A stretch of DNA of 64,000 nt from Synergistales bacterium (GCA_963666205.1 OY762654.1:1728001-1792000), one strand, 5' to 3'. Positions 51,326 to 61,132 are shown, counted from the first letter of the stretch. A program made the numbers and translations. The notes: generated by a model not told the origin, from the letters alone.

Positions 51326-52219
51326 TTGAAAATAGCAGGGATGTTCGCACCGGTTCCGACTCCATTTAAGGATAATGAGGAGATCGATTTCGGAAGGTTT
51401 AAGGAAAATCTTGGGAAATGGGAAAAAACAGGGCTTGCAGGTGTTGTTGTACTGGGATCCAATGGGGAGTTCGTTTCTCTTACCCATGAAGAAAAGGTGC
51501 AGATGATATCCTTTGTGAGAGAAAATATTTCAAAGGAAAAGATGGTTATCGCCGGAACAGGCTGTGAATCCACAAGAGAAACTATCCAGCTGACGAGAGA
51601 AGCTGCCGAATGTGGGGTTGATGCCGCTCTTGTAGTCAATCCTACTTATTTCAAGGGGAGTCTGAAAGAGGATGTATTGGAGGCACACTTCAAAAAAATT
51701 GCCGATGCATCTCCGATACCGGTAATGATCTACAACATGCCAGGAAACACAGGGATCAATATGTCTGCCAGACTTCTGGTCAGGCTTTCCAGACATCCCA
51801 ATATTGTGGGATTGAAGGATAGTGGAGGAAATATTGTCCAGATCTCTAATGTTATTAACGGTGCATCAAGGGATTTTTCGGTTTTTGCAGGCTCCGGAAG
51901 TTATCTTCTGACCACCCTTGTGATGGGGGGAGTAGGTGCCACAATGGCAGTTGCTAACGTGGTTCCGAACTATTGTGTCGAAATTGAAAAGGTATTTCAG
52001 GAGGGAAATATTGAAAAAGCCAGGGATATGCAGCTAGCGCTTTTAGATCTAAATGCTGCAGTGACAAGCGGGTTTGGAATTCCCGGTCTGAAATATGCCC
52101 TTGACAGGATCGGCTATTACGGAGGACCTGTACGTTCTCCCCTGCTGCCTGTTTCCGATATTCAGAAGAAGGAAATCGATAGATTGCTTGAAGAAATTAA
52201 TGCTTCTGCATGGGCATAA
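51326..52219 (+). CDS. DapA-family aldolase, 4-hydroxy-2-oxoglutarate aldolase (HOGA)-like
   Basis: GSNGE (not GTTGE), IYNMP, LKDSGG, FGIPGLK..D..GYYGGP.RSPL. Confidence 0.8.
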   Translation: MKIAGMFAPVPTPFKDNEEIDFGRFKENLGKWEKTGLAGVVVLGSNGEFVSLTHEEKVQMISFVRENISKEKMVIAGTGCESTRETIQLTREAAECGVDAALVVNPTYFKGSLKEDVLEAHFKKIADASPIPVMIYNMPGNTGINMSARLLVRLSRHPNIVGLKDSGGNIVQISNVINGASRDFSVFAGSGSYLLTTLVMGGVGATMAVANVVPNYCVEIEKVFQEGNIEKARDMQLALLDLNAAVTSGFGIPGLKYALDRIGYYGGPVRSPLLPVSDIQKKEIDRLLEEINASAWA

Positions 52220-52233
52220 GGTGGTGAACATCC

Positions 52234-53400
52234 TTGCCAATTGAATCTGCACGTAAAATGGAAGAAATAAGACCTTCTGCTACAGTGGCAGTTTCAGATA
52301 AAGCAAGAGAACTGGCTCTGGAAGGCAGGGATATCATCAATCTTGGCGGAGGAGAACCGGATTTTGATACCCCGGAGCATGTTACTGAAGCGGGAATAAA
52401 AGCGATAAAAGATGGCAGGACCCATTATGTTTCCAGTCTTGGTATTCCGGAACTCCGAACAGCGGTTTCCAGGAAGCTGTATGTAGAGAATGGTTTAACC
52501 TACACCCCGGATGAAATTATGGTCAATCCAGGTGCGAAGCTTGGGTTATATGCAGCGATAATGGCATTGATCGATCATGGAGATGAGGTCCTGATCTTTG
52601 ATCCAAGCTGGGTTTCATATGATGCCATAATTCGTCTTGCGGGAGGAACACCAGTACATGTACCACTTGACAGGGGAGATAACTTCACCATAAGGAGAGA
52701 GGTTCTTTCAGAAAAGATAACACCCAATTCCAGGATGATCCTTATCAACAGTCCTAATAATCCTACAGGACGTATTCTGACACTGAAGGAGTTAGAGGTG
52801 GTAGCAGCGGCAGCAGAGCAGCACGATCTTTTTGTTCTTTCGGATGAGATATATGAAAAGATAGCCTATGACGGTAATAAGCCGGTAAGTTTTGGGACCG
52901 TGGATGGAATGCTTGAGCGGACCATCGTTATCAATGGTTTTTCCAAGGCCTATGCCATGACAGGTTGGCGTCTGGGATATGTAGCAGCAAAGAAAGCTCT
53001 TATGAAAGAACTTTTGAAAGTACAGCAGCATTCTGTAACATGTGCAGCAGCCTTTACTCAATATGCTGGAGTAGCTGCACTTGAAGGTCCCCAGGAAGTA
53101 ATTGAAGATATGGTCTCTGTTTATGATACCCGTAGAAGGATAATAACTGATGGTCTGAATAGTCTGCCAGGAGTTTCCTGTGAGACGCCTGAAGGAGCAT
53201 TTTATTCTTTCCCGGATATTTCAGGTACTGGAATGTCATCAATGGAGTTTACCAATTTACTTCTTACAGAAGCAGGAGTGGCTGTTACACCGGGCATAGC
53301 CTTTGGAGAATGCGCAGATGGCCACGTAAGACTCTCTTTTGCCAATTCTACAAAGCTCATTGAAAATGCCATAGCTCGAATGAAGACATTGTTAACCTGA
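52234..53400 (+). CDS. aspC: Class I PLP aminotransferase (aspartate aminotransferase-like)
   Basis: GEPDF, NSPNNPTG, SDEIY, FSKAYAMTGWRLG. Confidence 0.9.
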   Translation: MPIESARKMEEIRPSATVAVSDKARELALEGRDIINLGGGEPDFDTPEHVTEAGIKAIKDGRTHYVSSLGIPELRTAVSRKLYVENGLTYTPDEIMVNPGAKLGLYAAIMALIDHGDEVLIFDPSWVSYDAIIRLAGGTPVHVPLDRGDNFTIRREVLSEKITPNSRMILINSPNNPTGRILTLKELEVVAAAAEQHDLFVLSDEIYEKIAYDGNKPVSFGTVDGMLERTIVINGFSKAYAMTGWRLGYVAAKKALMKELLKVQQHSVTCAAAFTQYAGVAALEGPQEVIEDMVSVYDTRRRIITDGLNSLPGVSCETPEGAFYSFPDISGTGMSSMEFTNLLLTEAGVAVTPGIAFGECADGHVRLSFANSTKLIENAIARMKTLLT

Positions 53401-53479
53401 AAGAATCATTTTGAACAGCAATTGAGAGAGCATACAAGTTTTATCGATGAATAGTCAGTTTTCACAGGATTTTTCACTA

Positions 53480-54729
53480 CAAAGGAGGCAGGAAGAAATG
53501 ATAAAGACCAGGAAACTTGTAATGATCCCGGGACCGACTCCGGTGGTTCGTTCGATCCAGGATCAGATGGGCAGGGAAACGGTGGCCTTTGGAGATTCGG
53601 GTTTTGTGGAAGATTTTTCTGAGGTTCTTGCAGATCTTAAAGAATTGTGGAAATGCGATGGAGAAGTGTTTGTGGTGGCAGGGTCGGGAACGTTAGCTAT
53701 GGAAATGGCAATAGCCAATACGACCAAACGTGGTGACAGCATACTGATCTGTTCCAATGGATTTTTTGGTGATCGTTTTATAGATATGTGCGAGAGGAAA
53801 GGCCTTGATGTAGATGTTCTTTCTGCCGAGTGGGGAAGCAGCGTGACCCCTGAAATGGTAGAGGCAAAACTTGAAGAGAAGAAATATGATGCGGTAACGG
53901 TAACCCATGCGGAGACTTCCACTGGAGTTGTAGCGCCGATAGGAGCTATTGGAGAGGTTCTGAAAAAACATCCTGAAACTATTTATATTGTGGATGCGGT
54001 AGCCGCAGCCGCAGGAATAGAAGAGAAGGTAGACCCCATGGGAATAGATATACTTCTTACATGTTCCCAGAAAGCTTTCGGAGTTGCCCCCGGACTTGGG
54101 ATAGTATGGGCCAGCAGAAAGGCAATGGCCAGAAGGGAAAGCCTTGGAAAGATCCCCGAGTCATATATAGATTTTGATAAATGGCTTCCTGTAATGCATG
54201 ACCCCAGGAAATACTGGGGAACTCCTCCCATTAACATGATATGGGCTTTTAAGGAAGCTATCCGCATAATCAGGGAAGAGGGAATAGAGGAGCGATATGC
54301 CCGTCACATAAGGCAGGCAGCGATGTTTGACGGAGCTATGGAAAGTCTTGGTTTTGAAGTGGCAGCCGAGGAAGGATACCGGGCTCCGACCCTTTCTGTA
54401 TATAAGTATCCTGGGGGTGCTGAAGTGGATGATGCCAGTTTCCGATCGGTACTTGGGGAAGAGGGAGTAGAGTCGGCAGGCTGCCTTGGCAAGTACAAGG
54501 GAGTAGCCTTCAGAATGGGTCATATGGGCAATATAGACAAGCACACCCTGGTTTCTGCAATAGCAGCAGTGGAGAGGGCCTGCATGAGATGCGGAGTGGA
54601 GATAGAACCCGGCAGGGCTGTGGGAACCCTTCAGAGGGGTCTCGTCAACGAACACTGATATCCTGCTAAAACATAGGAATTATATAACTGAAAACCTGTA
54701 GGCAAAGAAGTGATTTAAAAAACCGGGAA
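53480..54729 (+). repeat. 1250-bp direct repeat, copy 2
   Basis: Identical by eye to 43943-45192. Confidence 0.95.
53498..54658 (+). CDS. Alanine-glyoxylate/serine-pyruvate aminotransferase (class V), copy 2
   Basis: Protein identical to 43961..45121. Confidence 0.92.
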   Translation: MIKTRKLVMIPGPTPVVRSIQDQMGRETVAFGDSGFVEDFSEVLADLKELWKCDGEVFVVAGSGTLAMEMAIANTTKRGDSILICSNGFFGDRFIDMCERKGLDVDVLSAEWGSSVTPEMVEAKLEEKKYDAVTVTHAETSTGVVAPIGAIGEVLKKHPETIYIVDAVAAAAGIEEKVDPMGIDILLTCSQKAFGVAPGLGIVWASRKAMARRESLGKIPESYIDFDKWLPVMHDPRKYWGTPPINMIWAFKEAIRIIREEGIEERYARHIRQAAMFDGAMESLGFEVAAEEGYRAPTLSVYKYPGGAEVDDASFRSVLGEEGVESAGCLGKYKGVAFRMGHMGNIDKHTLVSAIAAVERACMRCGVEIEPGRAVGTLQRGLVNEH

Positions 54730-54963
54730 TGAAGGCATGCCTTTTTCCCGGTTTTTTAAAGATACAAAACAAACAAGCACCTGCGGGTGTTACGGGCATT
54801 GGGTTTAATGAAGGGCCTGATGTTGAAATGGAGGTACTGTGTTATCCCCCAAAGATACTGAGGAATTGCTTATTGTTCTGAAACAGATGATTGCTACAGG
54901 CCACACTGTCCTTGTATACAGATGGATTGATCCTCTAAAAAGTGAACAAGGGAGGTTCCTGTT

Positions 54964-56178
54964 ATGAAAGACTTTATGTACAGATGTTGTGGATGTGGAA
55001 AGAGTTTTCCCGGAACCAGGCTTCACTTTCGCTGCGAAGATTGTGGAGAACCCATGGAGGTAGATTATGTCCGCCATGGAAAGATTGCCAAAGATTCTTT
55101 TTTGGGAAATACAATATTGGAAAGATTTGCAGATTTTTTCCCCTTTTCCGAAACCTGTAAAAATATATCAATGAGAGAAGGATTTACGCCACTGGTAGAA
55201 TCAGAAAAACTGGAAAACGAGTTCGGAGTCAAAAAAGTATATCTTAAAAATGAAAGTCAGAATCCAACCTGGTCTTTTAAAGATCGTGGTACTGTTGCTG
55301 GATTGAACCATGCTCTTTCTCTGGGATATAAAGCCATAGGAACAGTTTCAACCGGTAATATGGCAGCTTCTGTAGCCGCATATGGTTCGAGGGCGGGATT
55401 AAAAACATTTATCCTTGTTGATCATAAACTTCCCCCGGAAAAACTGAATCCCATCGTAGTATATGGAGCAGATGTAATAAAGGTTGAAGGAGATTATGGA
55501 AATCTTTATTTTGAGAGTCTCAAAATCGGGAAGGACTTGGGGATATATTTCATTAACTCCGATTCGCCCTTCCGGGTAGAAGGATCAAAGACCATAGCTT
55601 TTGAAATATATGAACAGATGAAAGGGGATAATCCTGATTTTGTTATAGTTCCAACCAGTGCAGGAGGCAATATAAGAGGAATAGCTAAAGGTTTTAAAGA
55701 GTTGAAGCAATGTGGCCTGATAGATAATATCCCGATTATTATATGTGCACAGGCTGAAGGTTGTTCCCCCATTGCTTCTGCCTGGGAAAAAGGGGAAAGT
55801 ATGATTAACAGGGTAAACCATCCTGAAACTATTGCCCATGCCATAGAGAATCCATTTCCTCCCAGTGGCAATGAAGTGTTGAGGATGCTGGTTTCTGTAA
55901 AGGGGATGTGTGTATCAGTATCAGACAATGAAATTCTTGATGCCCAGAAGAAACTGGCTCATGAAGGGATCTTTATACAGCCAGCCTCAGCCACCCCCAT
56001 TGCAGTAATGGCAAAACTCAAGGAAAGGGGTTATTGGAAAGGGAATGAAAAAGTGGCTTGTGTTCTTACAGGAAGTGGTTTGAAGTTTACAGCCGTGTTC
56101 GAAAAATTGGGCTTATCCTCCCAAAATTGTAAAATCAGGGAACTGGGGAATGTGATTGCAGAATTAATGGATAAATAG
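54964..56178 (+). CDS. thrC: Threonine synthase-like PLP enzyme
   Basis: N-terminal Zn ribbon, EGFTPL, NPTWSFKDRG, STGN, EGSKT, LTGSGLK. Confidence 0.85.
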   Translation: MKDFMYRCCGCGKSFPGTRLHFRCEDCGEPMEVDYVRHGKIAKDSFLGNTILERFADFFPFSETCKNISMREGFTPLVESEKLENEFGVKKVYLKNESQNPTWSFKDRGTVAGLNHALSLGYKAIGTVSTGNMAASVAAYGSRAGLKTFILVDHKLPPEKLNPIVVYGADVIKVEGDYGNLYFESLKIGKDLGIYFINSDSPFRVEGSKTIAFEIYEQMKGDNPDFVIVPTSAGGNIRGIAKGFKELKQCGLIDNIPIIICAQAEGCSPIASAWEKGESMINRVNHPETIAHAIENPFPPSGNEVLRMLVSVKGMCVSVSDNEILDAQKKLAHEGIFIQPASATPIAVMAKLKERGYWKGNEKVACVLTGSGLKFTAVFEKLGLSSQNCKIRELGNVIAELMDK

Positions 56179-56288
56179 AAACTCTGGAGTTAGTTTTTCT
56201 TTCTGGACATAACTGTAAGGGTGGATAATTAGAACTTCGTCGAATATTGTCTTTTCTTTATGTCATGATAGATTTCTAAAAAGAGGTC

Positions 56289-56975
56289 TTAATTCTGATT
56301 ATTTTTAAATCTTCTGATCGCATCTAGAGTTCTTTCCATGGCTTTTAACAGGTGTTCCTCAACTTTCTGTTGAGCAAGATCAGGATCATGTTTCTTAAAG
56401 GCCTCTATTATCTCAAGATGTTCTTTTGTTATAGTTACTATCACTTCTTCAATCCTGAGATATCCGGTTGCTTTTTCTGTAGTAAAATACATAATCCTTT
56501 CGGATTTCTGCTTCAGGTTTTCAAGGGTTTCTTTTATGAGTTTATTCTCGGTATATTTAAAGAGCAATTCATCAAGCTGTTTTTCTGTTTTGATGTAAAG
56601 GGTCATGTTACCAGGATCTTTAAGGAGGTTCAGAAATTCTGTCTTCAGCTTTTCCAGATCGGAATTTTCGGAAAGATGGGCGACAGACCTGGCGGCACTG
56701 CTTTCCAGGAGAATGCGCAACCCCCATAGATCCCTTACACTGCTTTCATCAACTTGAGTTACGATAGCACTTTTATTTGGGGAAATCTCAACAAGGCCCT
56801 GGCTTTCAAGTTTGAGCAGGGCTTCCCTTACCGGAGTAGTACTGACATCAAATTCATTCGCAAGGCGATCGATCTGAAGGGTTTCTCCCGGTATGTATTT
56901 ATGACTGATTATCATCTGTTTTATGGAATGAAAAATCTGGTCAGACAATTTTATTTTGGTAATTTTATTACCCAT
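56289..56975 (-). CDS. GntR family regulator (FCD domain)
   Basis: LANEFDVSTTPVREAL wHTH; EHLEIIEA. Confidence 0.93.
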   Translation of the reverse strand: MGNKITKIKLSDQIFHSIKQMIISHKYIPGETLQIDRLANEFDVSTTPVREALLKLESQGLVEISPNKSAIVTQVDESSVRDLWGLRILLESSAARSVAHLSENSDLEKLKTEFLNLLKDPGNMTLYIKTEKQLDELLFKYTENKLIKETLENLKQKSERIMYFTTEKATGYLRIEEVIVTITKEHLEIIEAFKKHDPDLAQQKVEEHLLKAMERTLDAIRRFKNNQN

Positions 56976-57064
56976 ATGAGCACGCCACTTTCATTCGGAA
57001 AGATGTAAAAAATTATTTATATTATGGATCCTTAAGGGTTTCTTATTAGTGGGATTGAATAGAA

Positions 57065-57084
57065 ATATATGTGACATCATATAT
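57065..57084. promoter_or_regulatory. Putative GntR autoregulatory site
   Basis: ATATATG-TGACAT-CATATAT; its reverse complement contains ATATATGATGTCA. Confidence 0.5.
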
Positions 57085-57428
57085 ACTATATTTTAATAAT
57101 TCAAAAAAATCAAGAACATTATTTACCTTCATTGCTGCAGTCTTTTTCTCTGAAAAACAGCCATACTCCCTGTTTCCAACCATCGGTTCTTATATGATTC
57201 GATATAGTCCTGAATCTGTATGGTCCTGATCTGTGGGACATTTGACGACAAAATTATCTATAAGAATAAAAACAGATCATTGAAGGTAAGTTTACACTTT
57301 TCTGATAAACAAGTTATACTACTATAACTTCAGTAATAATTCAATAATATGCTCAGGACAGATATTCTTCTGCTTTTAAATGGTTTTTTAATAAAATTAA
57401 ATCTGCTGATAAAGAAGGTGTATCTTTC

Positions 57429-57806
57429 GTGTCAGAAAAAAATACCTATGTTATCTGGACAAGGGAAACATTGCTGGAAATGGCTGAAAAGGCGACCCAT
57501 GGCAGTAACCCCGAGGGTGGAGTGTCCATCTCTTTTCTTCGTCAGGAGAACGAGTGTGCTGTAAACGTTGTAGAACTGAAGAAGGGGATCCCTTCTCATA
57601 GGCATGTGAGACATGATGAGATAATCCAGATACTTGAAGGAGAGGGAAAAGCCGTAATTGATGGAGAGGAAAAACAACTCAAACCTGGAGATGTACTGTT
57701 CTGCCCGAGAAATATCTCTCATTCCCTCCATTTTCCAGTCAAACTTCTTTCCATATACACACCCTCCTTTGATCCACGGAATCCGGACAGGATCTTCGAT
57801 AATTAA
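57429..57806 (+). CDS. Cupin domain protein
   Basis: HRH..HDE..ILEGEG and PGD.L.CPRNISH cupin motifs. Confidence 0.88.
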   Translation: MSEKNTYVIWTRETLLEMAEKATHGSNPEGGVSISFLRQENECAVNVVELKKGIPSHRHVRHDEIIQILEGEGKAVIDGEEKQLKPGDVLFCPRNISHSLHFPVKLLSIYTPSFDPRNPDRIFDN

Positions 57807-57820
57807 AAGAGAATCATTTA

Positions 57821-57852
57821 ATGGGCTGTCCTGAATGGGATAGCCCATTTTT
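57821..57852 (+). terminator. Intrinsic terminator after the cupin gene
   Basis: ATGGGCTGTCC..GGATAGCCCAT followed by a T-run. Confidence 0.7.
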
Positions 57853-57927
57853 ACAGACAGGTTTCGGGAGTGATCTGTAAAAGGGGCCAAGCGTAATAAT
57901 TTGCAGGACCATAGTGTTTGAAGGGAT

Positions 57928-58278
57928 ATGGATAAAATGAAAAAAACCCGCAAGATAAAAATATACATGGAAAGACCCTACTCTTCCGTTTGCTGAAGTA
58001 ATTTCTGCTATGGAGAGGAAGAGATGAAATCCTTTCCCATGAAGGACAGCCGTGTGCTGGTCGGTAATATTCTGGGGAAAATAAGGGAAAAATATGGATC
58101 CAGGGTGAGCATAAACATATATGATCCAAGGTGCTACCTCTGGTTTTTCGATCTTGTAAGGTTCAACGTAAGGGCTACTGAAGCAACATGGATCATGGAT
58201 GGGAAACTTCTGGCCAGGGGCGTTCCATCCTGGGAGGATCTTGAAATATCCATTGATGAAAGGCTTGAGAAAGAATGA
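57928..58278 (+). CDS. Candidate small selenoprotein, thioredoxin-like fold (in-frame TGA at 57994-57996)
   Basis: MDKMKKTRKIKIYMERPYSSVC[UGA]SNFCYGEEE continues in frame into ORF 58024..58278; hairpin at 58010-58040. Confidence 0.6.
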
Positions 58279-58357
58279 GCTGTGGTAAAATAATCCTGCC
58301 TTAATCGAGTTTTCCATCAGGTTGGTTTCATCCTTTTTCTTTGAAGGTGGGTTTGTT

Positions 58358-61111
58358 ATGACCGGAGACGAAAGAAACAGAATTTCCTCAGAACGGAGTC
58401 CCTCCGTGGAAAAACCCGTCCTTGAAAGTGAAAAGGTGCCCTGCTCTTCTGAAGAGAAAGGTAGCGGCCTCCGTCGGGAGATGCATATACCCCTGGGATT
58501 AAGCAGTCTGATATCCTTCCTCATAACCGATATTCAGGGAGAGGAAGCTTCTATAATGTCAACAAGCAGCGGAGCAGAACGACTTTTCGGTTATGGTCCG
58601 TCTGAAATGGCGGGTCAGCTCCTTTCGTCCATTATGGTTCCAGACAGGGTGTGCCGCCTTCCTGTTATTTTCGGCAAACTATCGGCCACTAAAGAGGGAT
58701 ACAGTTCAGAGACAGTCCTTGCAAAGCGATCGGGAGAACTTTTTCCTGCGCATCTTAAGGTCTATCCTGTGCATGATAAAGATGGTAATGTGGTACAGGC
58801 CCTTTTTTTTATCACCGACCTTTCCTCCCGTAAAAAACTTGAAAAGGAACTCTCCAGGAGCGAGGAAAAATTCCGTATTCTCATTGAGAATTCTCTTGAT
58901 ATCATAACCATCCTTGATCACGATGGAACAGTGACCTATCACAGCCCTTCTGTCAGGGATGTCCTCGGTTATGAAAAGGGTGAACTGCAAAGAGCCAATA
59001 TTTTTGACAACATACATCCTGAAGATTTCCCTGCGACTATGTCCGCCCTCGCTGAAGTATCTAAAGATCCAGGTATTCCAAAGGTCCTTGAACATCGTTT
59101 CAGAGATAGTTCCGGGGCCTGGAAGATATTTGAGAGCCGGGGTAAGGCTCTTATATCCGGTTCTGGCCTTGAAGGGATAATTGTAAATTCCAGGGATATT
59201 TCCGACAGAAAGGAAGCAGAGAGGGAACTTTCCCGCCGTCTTCATTTTGAGGAGACCCTTTCGGAAATATCAACAAGATTTGTCCTGACACAATATCTGG
59301 ATGAAGCGATCAACACTTCCCTTGAACAGCTCGGTCTTTTCAGTTGCGCAAGTCGTGCCTATATTTTTACAATTGACAGGAAATCCGGAACAATGAGCAA
59401 TACCCATGAATGGTGTTACAAGGATATAGAGCCCCAGATAGATCATCTCCAGTTCCTTCCTCTCAATAGCTTTCCATGGTGGATGAAAAGACTTGAAGAA
59501 GATGGAGAGATAGTTATTCAGGATGTATCCAGCCTTCCTCCGGAGGCATCTGCCGAGAAGACTATCCTCCAGGAACAGGGGATAAGATCCATCCTCGTAC
59601 TTCCCTTTTATTGTGCCAATTCGATCAGGGGTTATGTGGGTTTCGACAATGTGATCTCCACCTGGGCCTGGGAAAAGAAGGACATAAGACTTCTCAAGGT
59701 CTATGCACATATCCTTGGCCAGGCTTTTGAAAAAAATGAAACTTTCCGTTCCTATCAGTCCAGCCTCCAGTTCAACCTCAGTCTTCTCAACAGTTCTCCA
59801 AACCCGATAATGGTTCTTGATGCACAAGGTTCAATAACCTATGTAAATCCTTCCTTTGGCAGGGTATCAGGCTATACCTTAAAGGAAGTCAGGGGCATGA
59901 GAGCCCCTTATCCCTGGTGGCCTGAAGATGACGTGGAGGATTGCCTCCGGGAACATGAAGCCCTCTTAAGAGGTAATAGTACAGCAGGAGAGAAACGGTT
60001 TATATCCAGCAAGGGAGAGACTTTCCGGGTTTACATAAATAGCTCTCTTATAAATGGAGAAGAAGGGGAGAACCATTTCCTGGTTAACTGGCTCGATATC
60101 ACAGAGCGGTATCGGGCAGAGAGGGCTCACAGGGCTTCAGAGGAAAAATACAGATCTCTCGTGGAAAACCTGAATGAAATAATTTATTCACTCAACAGGG
60201 AAGGACATATCACTTTTATAAGCCCTGTTGTAAAAGCATTGCTTGGATATGAAACATCGGAGATGGAGGGATGCGCCTTTACTTCCTTTGTTCACGAAGA
60301 TGACAGTTACGCTGTGGAGGCAAGCCTGAAGGACCGGTGGGCTGGCATTCCGGAAAAGTATGAGCTCCGCATGATCAGCAATGAAGGTAAAGTACATCAC
60401 GTGCTGGTTTCGTCAAGACCCCAGTTTGACGGAAATAACGTAGTTGGTGTTATCGGCTCCCTCAGCGATATCACAGCCCAGAGGGAAACGGAGATCAAAC
60501 TGGAGGCAAGTTACAGAAAGCTTGATGAATTGATGGATGGAGCCGCATCTTCCATAGTGTCTCTTCTGGAGATAAGAGATCCCTATTCAGCCGGACATCA
60601 GAGACGGGTATCCATACTCGCTACGGCAATTGCAAAGGAAATGAAGCTTAAGGAAGAACAGGTGGAAAATGTAAGAATTTCCAGCCTTGTCCACGATATA
60701 GGAAAGATCCATATACCAGCTGAGATACTCAGTAAGCCATCAAAGCTGAGAAAAACGGAATTCGAACTTCTCAAGGCTCATCCCCGCTCGGGTTCTGAGG
60801 TCATACATAAATTCGCTTTCCCTGAGATCATCGGAGAAATAGTGCTCCAGCATCATGAGAGATTCGACGGTTCGGGTTATCCGGATGGTCTGAAGGGACA
60901 GGAAATACTGCTTGAGGCCAGGATCCTTGCCGTGGCAGATGTTGTGGAAGCTATGGTTTCCCATAGACCCTATCGTCCGGCCCACAGTTTTGATGAAGCC
61001 CTGGAGGAGATCTCTTCAAAGAGCGGCATTCATTTCGACCCTGAAGTTGTAGTTGCCTGTATCAGTGTCTTTTCAAAAAAAGGGTTCTTCGCAGGGTCTT
61101 CCAGTATCTGA
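58358..61111 (+). CDS. Cytoplasmic multi-PAS-GAF-HD-GYP protein
   Basis: Four PAS-like repeats, GAF (MSNTHEWC), HDIGK, HHERFDGSGYP, HRPYRP. Confidence 0.9.
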   Translation: MTGDERNRISSERSPSVEKPVLESEKVPCSSEEKGSGLRREMHIPLGLSSLISFLITDIQGEEASIMSTSSGAERLFGYGPSEMAGQLLSSIMVPDRVCRLPVIFGKLSATKEGYSSETVLAKRSGELFPAHLKVYPVHDKDGNVVQALFFITDLSSRKKLEKELSRSEEKFRILIENSLDIITILDHDGTVTYHSPSVRDVLGYEKGELQRANIFDNIHPEDFPATMSALAEVSKDPGIPKVLEHRFRDSSGAWKIFESRGKALISGSGLEGIIVNSRDISDRKEAERELSRRLHFEETLSEISTRFVLTQYLDEAINTSLEQLGLFSCASRAYIFTIDRKSGTMSNTHEWCYKDIEPQIDHLQFLPLNSFPWWMKRLEEDGEIVIQDVSSLPPEASAEKTILQEQGIRSILVLPFYCANSIRGYVGFDNVISTWAWEKKDIRLLKVYAHILGQAFEKNETFRSYQSSLQFNLSLLNSSPNPIMVLDAQGSITYVNPSFGRVSGYTLKEVRGMRAPYPWWPEDDVEDCLREHEALLRGNSTAGEKRFISSKGETFRVYINSSLINGEEGENHFLVNWLDITERYRAERAHRASEEKYRSLVENLNEIIYSLNREGHITFISPVVKALLGYETSEMEGCAFTSFVHEDDSYAVEASLKDRWAGIPEKYELRMISNEGKVHHVLVSSRPQFDGNNVVGVIGSLSDITAQRETEIKLEASYRKLDELMDGAASSIVSLLEIRDPYSAGHQRRVSILATAIAKEMKLKEEQVENVRISSLVHDIGKIHIPAEILSKPSKLRKTEFELLKAHPRSGSEVIHKFAFPEIIGEIVLQHHERFDGSGYPDGLKGQEILLEARILAVADVVEAMVSHRPYRPAHSFDEALEEISSKSGIHFDPEVVVACISVFSKKGFFAGSSSI

Positions 61112-61132
61112 GGAACATATCTCATGGGGTCA

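Noticed and set aside
51326-52219. Housekeeping lysine-pathway DapA
   Set aside because: It has GSNGE rather than GTTGE, a HOGA-like C-terminus and no dapB/asd context.
43943-54729. Composite transposon bounded by IS copies
   Set aside because: The repeats encode an aminotransferase, with no transposase, terminal inverted repeats or target duplication.
57814-58524. 236-aa minus-strand ORF
   Set aside because: No motifs; it overlaps the better-supported + strand selenoprotein candidate and the HD-GYP gene.
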